Shown here piece by piece: positions 20,801 through 29,477 of a stretch of 64,000 nt of DNA. How positions within the stretch are numbered: position 1 is the stretch's first letter; each line of letters starts with the position of its first letter. The position numbers were made by a program, and so were the translations under genes. Under the pieces are notes generated by a model. The model was not told where the DNA came from. It made no database searches and saw only the letters and a list, made by a program, of their open reading frames with translations. Origin of the DNA: a virus (lineage: Duplodnaviria; Caudoviricetes); the IMG/VR virus record IMGVR_UViG_3300029288_000109, positions 1 to 64,000 of that record. One strand, written 5' to 3'.

Positions 20801-20875
20801 GTTGTGGGAACAAGGGATACTTGTCTCTATTTATAGTAATATATGTTTACTGATTATTGTTATGATTATTAGCTT

Positions 20876-20891
20876 TGTTCCACGTGGAACT
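20876..20891. promoter_or_regulatory. parS: parS-like site 1
   Basis: TGTTCCACGTGGAACT, 15/16 match to the palindrome TGTTCCACGTGGAACA. Confidence 0.72.
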
Positions 20892-20914
20892 ATTAGAATT
20901 GATATATTAAATAT

Positions 20915-20930
20915 TGTTTCACGTGAAACA
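20915..20930. promoter_or_regulatory. parS: parS site 2 (perfect consensus)
   Basis: TGTTTCACGTGAAACA, the canonical bacterial chromosomal parS palindrome. Confidence 0.82.
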
Positions 20931-21045
20931 TTTATATATACCATATATGCAATCATTAATATATTGATTTTTTTTGTTCCCCAAAACAATGCAAAAAATG
21001 GTATTTTTTTGATATTAACCCTATATATTAAACCTTAAAAACAAT

Positions 21046-21308
21046 ACTAGGGTTACTGCAAATAGAATACTATAGGCTGTTCAACCTTCATAATCCGTGG
21101 CGCTTTATCCATCCCACCTACCCTAACTACCCCTACTTAAATAAGATATGTTTATGATTGTTTGTTCTCAATAATGCTTAAAGCAGAGAACAAACAACAG
21201 AAAAGCATACCCCACCCTTAAAACATTACACACCCCTATTAACACTAGGGTTACTGCAATGATAGATAATAAGTCTGTTCCCCCTCGTGAATCCGTGGCG
21301 CTTTATCC
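21046..21308 (+). repeat. two 65-bp bipartite direct repeats (21046-21110, 21244-21308)
   Basis: ACTAGGGTTACTGCAA-N30-AATCCGTGGCGCTTTATCC in both; partial copies of the first box at 21490, 22001 and 22515. Confidence 0.85.
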
Positions 21309-21609
21309 CACGATCAAAGCAACGTCAAGGTGATGCGGCTTGTGCCCATATGCTATGGGCAGGCACAAGCCGCTTAACAACGCTTGAGAAAAACACATAC
21401 AACAGTCCTCTACGGGCAACGACCCGTTCCTCGTTCCTCGTCTTCCTTGGCCTGGACCTACCTCTACCAGGCAACCTTTTAAGAACTTCCTAGGGTTACT
21501 TCAACCTAGGTGAAATAAGTTCATTACGCTTACAACGTGGCACCAATAAACTACCTCACTAAGAAAGGGTGGGGGAGGTGCCTGAACCGATCATCGGTGG
21601 GAAGATGCT

Positions 21610-21992
21610 CGCCGCCCCCCGTTCTGTGAACGGGGCGGACTCGCCCCATACGCTTGTGAGTTGTACTTATATGATTCCCGTATCGGCCTACGTGACACTG
21701 AAAGGAGACACGTATGAGACTACGAGGTAGTATTTAAGCGCTTGTTCCATGGTTGGTGGCGCTAACACAAATATCCAATCATGGGACGTAGAGACGACTC
21801 TCATCAGTCTAGCGGTCTCTACGCCAACCTGCGACACGGAAAAAAGGTGCACCCGTGCAAACCACAGCGAGACTGAAGCCAGTCGCAAGCCTAGAAACGG
21901 GACATGCGCACCCACTCAGGCTTCCTGGCGCCGACTACGCACTAGCGTGCAATAGGCTGTGCACGGCCTATAGGGACGGGGCGGAACCGTCT
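21610..21992. ncRNA. candidate structured non-coding RNA, family unknown
   Basis: GC-rich, no convincing ORF, at least seven consecutive stems visible by eye. Confidence 0.4.
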
Positions 21993-22104
21993 AGTCAGTT
22001 ACTAGGGTTATAACAATAATAATAATAAGATAAGTCAACCCTGTGAGAATGTTTTTGGCCCCTTTTTTAATTGTTAGGGGGCCAAAAACAAAGGAGGGCA
22101 TAGG

Positions 22105-22416
22105 ATGATAAAAGTAATTTCGGTAAAACAAGCACCTGCGGATTGGAAAAACAATAAGACCTATGTTTACATAGGCAGGGGAAGCAAATGGGGCAACCCG
22201 TTCTTGATAGGTAGGGACGGGGACAGGGCAGAAGTAATACAAAGATACAAGTGGGCAATTCAAAACGGGGGATTGAGACACCTCCAGGCCCACCTTCCTG
22301 AACTGTTAAACAAAATCCTCGTATGTTATTGCAAGCCTCAAGCTTGCCACGGGGACGTTTTAAAAGAAATGGCAGAGGGCCTGATCTGCCAGGACGGTAA
22401 AGGGGTTGAGCTTTAA
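22105..22416 (+). CDS. DUF4326-family protein
   Basis: YIGRGSKWGNPF and LVCYCKPQACHGDVL signature. Confidence 0.85.
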   Translation: MIKVISVKQAPADWKNNKTYVYIGRGSKWGNPFLIGRDGDRAEVIQRYKWAIQNGGLRHLQAHLPELLNKILVCYCKPQACHGDVLKEMAEGLICQDGKGVEL

Positions 22417-22634
22417 TGGGCGGAATAATAACGCTCGTCGTAATGATAGTGTTTGTTTGCTCCCTAGAAGTCATAGGGGACATCATCTATAGGAGGAACC
22501 AGTCGTGAAGATTTCCAGGGTTACTGCAATAAGAAAGATTCAAAGACCCTCGAAAGTTTCGCATCGCACGGCGTTCGCGTCCCACGTTGTGGGACGACGC
22601 GAACGCTCAAACCGCGTCAACGGAGGTAATCAAC

Positions 22635-22817
22635 ATGAGGGACATAAAACAACTGCTTGAAGACGACGAGCAAGAAGAACTCCCAGAAAGGGCGTTCATA
22701 ATTACACGAAAGGGGATTAAAGAGATTGGCGTGGGAAGCAACATCCACGCACTGCTGGAAAAACCGTTTCGCGCTGCACGTCGTGCGGCCCAACGGCGCA
22801 GAACCAAAAACCTGTAG
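22635..22817 (+). CDS. small hypothetical protein
   Basis: GGAGGT SD before ATG 22635; long hairpin upstream. Confidence 0.55.
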   Translation: MRDIKQLLEDDEQEELPERAFIITRKGIKEIGVGSNIHALLEKPFRAARRAAQRRRTKNL

Positions 22818-22835
22818 TACAGGAGTTTGAGTATT

Positions 22836-23582
22836 ATGGCAAAAACAACCGTTAAGCAGGAACTCGAAAGCAAAATCGAAGAGCAGAACAAACAGATCGC
22901 TTATTTGCAGTCCATTGCCAATACCGCAGCCGCCGTCCAGACCACGAAGGCCCAGACCTTCGACCCTGATTTTGACGCCTGGGACCTCGCCAGGTCCAAG
23001 CGCCAGAACGAGTGGCAGGCCGCCATTCGCATCGATGAGACCACGGGGCACACCCTGGTCCGCTTCACGCGCAGCACCGATTCCGAAGGCAAAGCGTTGC
23101 TTTATCACAAAGTGATGCTTCCTCCCGCATCGGTTCTCAGGAACAATCCGTCCCTGATAACGGGCTACCAGCCCGACAACAAGGGCGTAACCAGGATTCT
23201 CAAGTCCGTCAGCACCGACAGCGAGTACATCAGGGTGCTCTCCAACCCTGAAACGGGTGAGCCGAGCCGCCTGGCTGGTTTCTGGGATCTGAACGTCCTT
23301 CGGGACATCAAGATTAACTCCATCAAAATCATCGACGGAGCCAGGACCAAGGCCGAGCTCAAGTTCGCGTCGGTGGGCCATAACATGGCCGCCCTGAATA
23401 TGTCGGTCGAGAGCGAGAGCGGCGAGCTTATCAGCCGCCCCGAAGCGCCCAACAGCGGCATCGTCTCAGCCGTCAACTACGCCATGAACGCCATGCTTCA
23501 GGCCCCCAAGAGCTGGCTCTTCGCCAACATTCCTGGGTTCAAGGCTGCCGCCGCTGCGACCACCGCAGTGGCCGCAAGCTAA
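22836..23582 (+). CDS. hypothetical protein with GC-rich codon usage
   Basis: AGGAG SD; N-terminal coiled coil; strong C/G bias at third positions. Confidence 0.7.
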   Translation: MAKTTVKQELESKIEEQNKQIAYLQSIANTAAAVQTTKAQTFDPDFDAWDLARSKRQNEWQAAIRIDETTGHTLVRFTRSTDSEGKALLYHKVMLPPASVLRNNPSLITGYQPDNKGVTRILKSVSTDSEYIRVLSNPETGEPSRLAGFWDLNVLRDIKINSIKIIDGARTKAELKFASVGHNMAALNMSVESESGELISRPEAPNSGIVSAVNYAMNAMLQAPKSWLFANIPGFKAAAAATTAVAAS

Positions 23583-23674
23583 GCAGTTGCACTACCACGC
23601 TCAGCGTGAGGGAGAAATCCCTCCGCTGGGCCTATCCCGTATGGGACGAAGTAAACCAAGAAGGGGGTGATAAA

Positions 23675-23950
23675 ATGGCAGTAATTGCCAGAATCACCAT
23701 TGTAGGTCACGGAAAAAGAAGGACCGAGACCCGAAGGTACAACGAGCTGACCGCAAAAGCGGCCAGAGCCACCCTGGACAATGCAATAAACGCAGGAAGT
23801 ATCTTTCACCTTGCTGGGAAAGTCGACGGCAAAGTCGTATATAAAAAGTCAAAACCCAGCAAAGTCCGCATAGTAGTCGGCGACAAGACAGTTGCCAGTT
23901 TCACAAAGTATCCCTACGAAGTAACCGAAATCATGGGGGTACAAGAATGA
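23675..23950 (+). CDS. small basic hypothetical protein
   Basis: GGGGGTGA SD before ATG 23675. Confidence 0.55.
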   Translation: MAVIARITIVGHGKRRTETRRYNELTAKAARATLDNAINAGSIFHLAGKVDGKVVYKKSKPSKVRIVVGDKTVASFTKYPYEVTEIMGVQE

Positions 23951-24330
23951 CACCTCCAGAAGACGGCCTCGAAGCAATTGAATGTCAGACATGCAACCAT
24001 CAGTCAGGTTGCCCTGGCAACTGCCCAGAGGAAGCACCGTGTGCGTCATGCAACGCCGAACCAGAAGAATGCGCCAACTGTCACTGGAACGGCGTATGAA
24101 CGCAAAGACGTGGTTTTCCTGGACAAGTCAGCCTAGTTACACGTTCCAACAATGGCTGATAAGTCTAGGAGCAAAATACCGAGGGAGGCATGTAGCAGTA
24201 GCACAACTTGAGCTGGACAGATCTAGCATAGAACGTTTAATACAAATAGCCTCGCCTGGAGTGTCAATCTTTCTGATTACTCCAGGGCCAGAAAGGGGAT
24301 TTGTAAATGATCAACAAGAGGTGATAAACC

Positions 24331-24783
24331 ATGAACATATGGAAATTATGGGATGAAGGATATTATATCGTCATCCCAACGAATATTGGATGGAAAAGAA
24401 ACGGCTTAGCCGTGATGGGCGCTGGACTGGCTTCGCAAGCTAGGGACAGATTCCCTGGGATAGACCTAGAATATGGACGATGGGTACAGAAGTATTTGGG
24501 AGACCCCATGGTGGACCCCACCAGAAGGTTAATCCTAATCCCAAGTAAAGACCTGAACCCAATAGAGCCCCATATGTCCTGGAAACAACCCGCCAGTCTA
24601 ACGCTGGTAAAGAAAGCATATGCTTGGTTATACAGCTGGGCCATGGCACACCCTGAAAGGCGAGTAGCCACAGTATATCTGGGTATCGGCCTTGGCCAGC
24701 TCAAGTTCTCTGACGTTTACGAGGCCGTACAGAAATATAACTGGCCTCCCAACGTCGTATTTGTAGGACCATCAGTTAAATAG
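24331..24783 (+). CDS. macrodomain-like (ADP-ribose-binding/processing) protein
   Basis: IVIPTN...G.AVMGAGLA.QA..RFP and LGIGLGQL motifs. Confidence 0.72.
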   Translation: MNIWKLWDEGYYIVIPTNIGWKRNGLAVMGAGLASQARDRFPGIDLEYGRWVQKYLGDPMVDPTRRLILIPSKDLNPIEPHMSWKQPASLTLVKKAYAWLYSWAMAHPERRVATVYLGIGLGQLKFSDVYEAVQKYNWPPNVVFVGPSVK

Positions 24784-24790
24784 GCTTTAC

Positions 24791-24866
24791 AAAAGCCCTA
24801 GGCCCTGGACTTTCCTAACTCACCTTCTTAAAAAGGATAAGTCCAGACAAGCCTAGGGCTTTTTTT
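24791..24866 (+). terminator. intrinsic terminator with extended stem
   Basis: AAAAGCCCTAGGC...GCCTAGGGCTTTTTTT plus inner CTGGACTT/AAGTCCAG stem. Confidence 0.7.
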
Positions 24867-25570
24867 ATGCCAGTAGTTCTTCCCCCTGGTTGGTTGTGTG
24901 TATAAGTCTAGACAAAAATCGACCCTGGTACCAGTATATACTGCATCAACAGAAGTCTTAAAGTTGAGTGTTATAGTATCAACTAAGACATATAATGCTA
25001 CTGGATACTACTGGTACAGTTTTTCTGGTGATTCTGTTTCTTGATGATAATAAGTCTAAAGGGTTTTATACCCTCAAAATCCAGTATGCCTCAAAAACAC
25101 GTCTATTTGCCCCTAGGATTGATTTCTATAAAAACTAATATCATTCTGCTATTCGCTTGTCAAACTGTCTTAGAAAGGCTCACAGGGCTATCTACGTGCA
25201 TGTTATTTAACCAGTGCTTTCTGATTTACAAATTCTGCTATGCAGAAGTCTTAATAAACTTAACTTATCCCCCTTACTATAATAGTAGCGTTGTTTCTCT
25301 GATATGGTAAGGTAATATGATCTTACTAGTATTTATATTCTAGTCTAGTTTTTCTAGATTCTAGTTAGTATTTGAGAGAATTTTTTTATCCTAACGGAAA
25401 AAATTCTCAAGTAAGTTATAAATACTAGCATAATACAAAAGACTTCTTCTTTACTTCTTTTCTTTTCTTTATTAACCTTTCTTTTCTTTTCTTCCTTTCT
25501 TCTTCGTTGCTGCCGCTTCGTCCTGTTTTGACTATCGCGGCAGCGCCGCCGCGCTTTCGATGGAGGAGCC

Positions 25571-25786
25571 ATGTTAAAAATTGGAGACAGAGTAAGGGTA
25601 CGACAATCAAGCATCCATACAGAACTCAGGGGTAAAACAGGAACGGTGCTAAGCATAAATCATCTTGAAAACGATATTAATGTGCTTATTGATGGAGTGC
25701 GCACAAACAGGTCAGACGGAACATATGGCTTCTATGCTAAAAATCTTGAACTGCTAAATAACTACAAACTTGAGGAAGATATATGA
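25571..25786 (+). CDS. EDI-tail protein 1, SH3/KOW-like
   Basis: KIGDRVRV...GKTGTV; ends YKLEEDI. Confidence 0.8.
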   Translation: MLKIGDRVRVRQSSIHTELRGKTGTVLSINHLENDINVLIDGVRTNRSDGTYGFYAKNLELLNNYKLEEDI

Positions 25787-26031
25787 GTATAAAAATCGGT
25801 GACCGAATCAAAATCGACGACTATACAAAAAAACGCCACTACTCAAATGACCCTGAATATGTTGGTGCAGAAGGTATTGTTCTGAATATATGTGGAAAAG
25901 TAGTATTTGTCGACCTTATAAAGAAACCAAGCGGGATAAATCTAAAAGAACTGACCGACGGTTCAGAATTCAAATTCAACATAGAAAATGTATTACCTGT
26001 AAAATCTTATGTGCTTGAAGAGGATGTATAA
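25783..26031 (+). CDS. EDI-tail protein 2, SH3/KOW-like
   Basis: KIGDRIKI...GAEGIV; ends YVLEEDV. Confidence 0.8.
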   Translation: MSIKIGDRIKIDDYTKKRHYSNDPEYVGAEGIVLNICGKVVFVDLIKKPSGINLKELTDGSEFKFNIENVLPVKSYVLEEDV

Positions 26032-26033
26032 AT

Positions 26034-26282
26034 ATGAAAATGCCACTTGATGTTGCTAAACAAATATATAATAGCGGCTGTATATTTAATCATACTATAG
26101 AATGTAGAAACTGTACATATGGTGATTCAGAAGTGATACCAGACAAACTATTCGGCAACAGATGTCATGTTGGTGTATGTGGTGTAATATATACACATAG
26201 AAACAGTAAACCATTAGAAGAGGTACTTGAAATGATTAAGCCGTGGACTAAACAACCATTCATACTGGACGAAGACATATGA
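26034..26282 (+). CDS. EDI-tail protein 3, Cys4 class
   Basis: C..CxxC..CG..PW; ends FILDEDI. Confidence 0.8.
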   Translation: MKMPLDVAKQIYNSGCIFNHTIECRNCTYGDSEVIPDKLFGNRCHVGVCGVIYTHRNSKPLEEVLEMIKPWTKQPFILDEDI

Positions 26283-26482
26283 AAATCGGCGACCGCGTTC
26301 GTATAAAAGATACATGCAACATACATCATCTAAGAAATAAAATGGGAACCATAAAAGGTTTTGCATATAACATAGCAAATGTTTTAGTAGATGGATATAA
26401 TTCAAGTAAAGACGACCGTACATGTGGAATATATAAAAGAAATCTAATAATAGCAAATATGGTAATTGATGAGGACATATGA
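26279..26482 (+). CDS. EDI-tail protein 4, SH3/KOW-like
   Basis: KIGDRVRI...NKMGTI; ends MVIDEDI. Confidence 0.8.
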   Translation: MKIGDRVRIKDTCNIHHLRNKMGTIKGFAYNIANVLVDGYNSSKDDRTCGIYKRNLIIANMVIDEDI

Positions 26483-26742
26483 TTAGAATAACCATGGAAG
26501 AATTTGAACGGTTGTGGAGTGGTAAAAATTGTCATGTACTTAAAAGAGTAGGAAATAAAACATGTTCTACTTGTCCATTTGGAGGAGATGGCGATGATAT
26601 ACCAAGACAACTTCGAGGTAGCTATAGTGGGCTCTGTGGTGTATTTTGTAAAAGTCGAGACCTGGGCGAGACAAGAGAACAGTGTTTAGCAAAAGTACGT
26701 CCATGGCTTGTAAATAACTATATATTTGAGGAAGATATATAA
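26479..26742 (+). CDS. EDI-tail protein 5, Cys4 class
   Basis: ITMEEF..LW, C..CxxC..CG..PW; ends YIFEEDI. Confidence 0.8.
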   Translation: MIRITMEEFERLWSGKNCHVLKRVGNKTCSTCPFGGDGDDIPRQLRGSYSGLCGVFCKSRDLGETREQCLAKVRPWLVNNYIFEEDI

Positions 26743-26984
26743 TGCTTACAAAAGAAGAGTTCAAAATATTGTGGACTACAAGTAAATGTTTAAGTTTTGA
26801 TTGCAATACATGTAAAGCTGGAATAAAATATACTCCACAACATATTAAAGATAAGTTTAAGAAACTATCTGGAAAGTCTGTTTCTTGTTGCGGAATGATG
26901 GAATGGTTCAAAACAGAACAATGGTCGATGGAGCAAGTATCTAACTTTCTGTTTGAAAAATACAGTATTGTAGAGGATATATGA
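26742..26984 (+). CDS. EDI-tail protein 6, Cys4 class
   Basis: LTKEEF..LW, C..CxxC..CG; ends YSIVEDI. Confidence 0.8.
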   Translation: MLTKEEFKILWTTSKCLSFDCNTCKAGIKYTPQHIKDKFKKLSGKSVSCCGMMEWFKTEQWSMEQVSNFLFEKYSIVEDI

Positions 26985-27235
26985 CATATATAACAATGGA
27001 AGAATTTAAAACAATATGGAGAGGCGGCTGCGTAAAAGGCGCACAGGAATGTAAAACATGTCGTGTTGGTGTACCATCAAACGACGACGCACCAAAACAC
27101 CTACGAGAGAATAAACATGGAATATGTGGAATCATTGTTCATCAAAAACATATGCAAGGTCTAGATAAGGCAATTGTATTAGAAATAATGAGACCGTGGA
27201 TTAAAAAGAACTATAAAGAGTACGAAGACATATAA
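26981..27235 (+). CDS. EDI-tail protein 7, Cys4 class
   Basis: ITMEEF..IW, C..CxxC..CG..PW; ends YKEYEDI. Confidence 0.8.
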   Translation: MTYITMEEFKTIWRGGCVKGAQECKTCRVGVPSNDDAPKHLRENKHGICGIIVHQKHMQGLDKAIVLEIMRPWIKKNYKEYEDI

Positions 27236-27263
27236 TTTGATACCCCCTAAAGGGGGTATCAAA
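27236..27263. repeat. intergenic hairpin inside the array
   Basis: TTTGATACCCCC taaa GGGGGTATCAAA; no downstream U-tract on either strand. Confidence 0.7.
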
Positions 27264-27292
27264 AAAATATTTCGCGGGGGGATAAACCCTAT

Positions 27293-27574
27293 ATGGAAAA
27301 GGTTATAAAATATAAGCCATATATAACAATAAAAGAGTTCAACCACCTATGGGAGAATGGTTCAGGAAACGGATTAAAGAGAGCTATATGTAATACAGGT
27401 CCTTCTCATTGTCTTGATTGTCCTCTTGGTGAACATGATGACTTCCCATCGTCTATTCATAGAGGTACTGGCCTCTGTGGTTGTATAGTATTAAGGAACA
27501 ACAGAATAACAAAGGGTGAGATGATAAAGCTGTTGAGCAAATGGATACAGAAGCCTGAATATGAAGATGTATAG
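27293..27574 (+). CDS. EDI-tail protein 8, Cys4 class
   Basis: ITIKEF..LW, C..CxxC..CG..KW; ends KPEYEDV. Confidence 0.8.
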   Translation: MEKVIKYKPYITIKEFNHLWENGSGNGLKRAICNTGPSHCLDCPLGEHDDFPSSIHRGTGLCGCIVLRNNRITKGEMIKLLSKWIQKPEYEDV

Positions 27575-27950
27575 TATAGAGGGAGTGAGGGGAAGACTTC
27601 TCCACCCCTATTTGGACACTGTTTGGACGTTATTTCGTACTTACCCACATCTGTTTAGACACTATATAGACCTTCCACCCCCTATATCCCTTATACTATT
27701 CTATCCTTTATATCATATACCGTATATCTTGTTTGGAGCCGCCGCCAAAAATTCATTTGAGACAAGGATAGGAGTCGCAGAGAGACACCGTACTGCGGGA
27801 TTACCAACTCTATCTAATACCTGCTATGAGGCCCATTAACCGGCCATAGAAGGTTGGCAGAACCTCCAATACCAGGAGTCTCCAAGAAAATTAGATATAG
27901 TGTCTCCCTTGTTTCAATCTGTATAGCCACCCAAAAAAAGGAGGTGCACC

Positions 27951-28811
27951 ATGATGAACGAGAATGGGCATTTCGATTTGCAGGACCATATATACCCCTG
28001 CGATGAACATGAAATGGAAATAGATACTAATCCTACCATAGACGATGTTATTGACTTCTTTGTGGGGATTAAAAATCAGATTAATGGGAGACCGCATCGT
28101 ATTGAGTTTCAGGAGCATCATCAAAGATATTATATAAACGGATATATCAGGTTTATTCAGCCGCCAAAAAATAAGGAGGATAACCAATGACAACCGTTAT
28201 AGCAATATGCTGGAAATGCGGTATGACGTTTCACAACCAGGATGAGATAGAATTATTATCTGTCATGGTTGATGGCAAACTTGTTTGCATGGATTGCGAC
28301 ATTAAAAGCAAATGGGAGGAGTTACACAACAATGCCTGATCCAGTCTTGATATGGGTAGCTATGGGAGGAGGTTATCCTCTTTATCACTTTGAAAGCATC
28401 GCTGAAGCCGCCAAATTTGTCGCTGACCACTCAAACGCTTATTCATGGTTTGTAGAAGATGGTATACGACTTAATAAAGGTACTATGCTAGTTCAGCTTT
28501 TTATAGGCTATAAAGACGGAAAATTAGTAAGATTCTTTAATGACGCAGAAAAAAACTTCTTTAAACACTGGTATTTAGACACACAAAAGAAAAAGGAGGA
28601 GAAACAAATGAAAAACAATAAAGTTACTACTGTTGCCGCGCCAGAAGAACCAAAGAACGACCAATGGATGAGTATATTGTGGACCCCAACAGATTCAGCA
28701 CCGTTAGAAATTATTGTTAAAAACAATATGAATTACAACAAAGGCATTAATTTAACCAAAGAACAAGCAATAATAGTAAAGAAAGCAATAGAAGCGTTTT
28801 TTGGAGACTAA
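27951..28811 (+). CDS. untagged hypothetical genes interrupting the array (27951-28190; 28332-28811 with internal start at 28608)
   Basis: GGAGG SDs precede each ATG. Confidence 0.55.
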
Positions 28812-29033
28812 ATGGAACCAAGAATCGGAGATAAGGTTTTTGTAAATCATAAATGCGAAATTCCTGATCTATGGAATAAGGTTGGTATTTTAAGAGAAAT
28901 AAGAAATTCACTTCATGCAGATCAAACCTTAAGAATATGTATTATATATATTGAAAAAGAAGATAGACATGAAGCAATATATTTAAGAAGCATTACCCCC
29001 GTAAAAAAACCATTAGAATTTGAGGATATTTAG
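28812..29033 (+). CDS. EDI-tail protein 9, SH3/KOW-like
   Basis: RIGDKVFV...NKVGIL; ends PLEFEDI. Confidence 0.8.
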   Translation: MEPRIGDKVFVNHKCEIPDLWNKVGILREIRNSLHADQTLRICIIYIEKEDRHEAIYLRSITPVKKPLEFEDI

Positions 29034-29038
29034 CCGCC

Positions 29039-29266
29039 ATGATAAATGTTGGAACAAAAATACGAATCAATGATAGCTATGATTCACGTCATTTTAAAAA
29101 CAAGGTTGGAACAATTGTTAAAATAAACGAATATTTTGATAATGGGACTAAAAATGAATATGAAGTTATATTTGACATAGAAGAAAACCTAGGAACATGT
29201 AGATATTACTTTCACGATAACGAATTTAAACTATTACATAATTTTAAGTTTGTGGAGGATATATAA
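29039..29266 (+). CDS. EDI-tail protein 10, SH3/KOW-like
   Basis: NVGTKIRI...NKVGTI; ends FKFVEDI. Confidence 0.8.
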   Translation: MINVGTKIRINDSYDSRHFKNKVGTIVKINEYFDNGTKNEYEVIFDIEENLGTCRYYFHDNEFKLLHNFKFVEDI

Positions 29267-29267
29267 T

Positions 29268-29474
29268 ATGATTAAAGTTGGCTCAAGAGTTATTATAAAC
29301 TCATCTACTGGTATAAGGTCACATATAGGAATGAAAGGAATTGTAACACGAGCCAATACTGGTATAGATATAAGCTTTTTTGAGGTCGCGTTTGGTGATA
29401 ATGATTCATTGGTGTTTCTAAAATCATCTCTTAGAGAAATAAAACCTGCTTTTACAATAGAAGAGGACATTTGA
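29268..29474 (+). CDS. EDI-tail protein 11, SH3/KOW-like
   Basis: KVGSRVII...GMKGIV; ends FTIEEDI; start moved to ATG 29268. Confidence 0.8.
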   Translation: MIKVGSRVIINSSTGIRSHIGMKGIVTRANTGIDISFFEVAFGDNDSLVFLKSSLREIKPAFTIEEDI

Positions 29475-29477
29475 CAT

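Noticed and set aside
21046-21308. CRISPR mini-array (conserved boxes around a 30-nt variable segment)
   Set aside because: The two flanking boxes differ from each other, the period is 198 bp, the middles are partly similar and no cas genes are present
21100-21312. DnaA boxes in CTTTATCCA / CTTTATCCC
   Set aside because: Two or three mismatches to TTATCCACA; not supportable
21781-21812. Hammerhead ribozyme (CTGATGA on the minus strand)
   Set aside because: No GAAA follows the stem, so the catalytic core is incomplete
21570-21995. tmRNA or tRNA
   Set aside because: No T-arm GTTCRA or CCA acceptor end, and no tag-like reading frame
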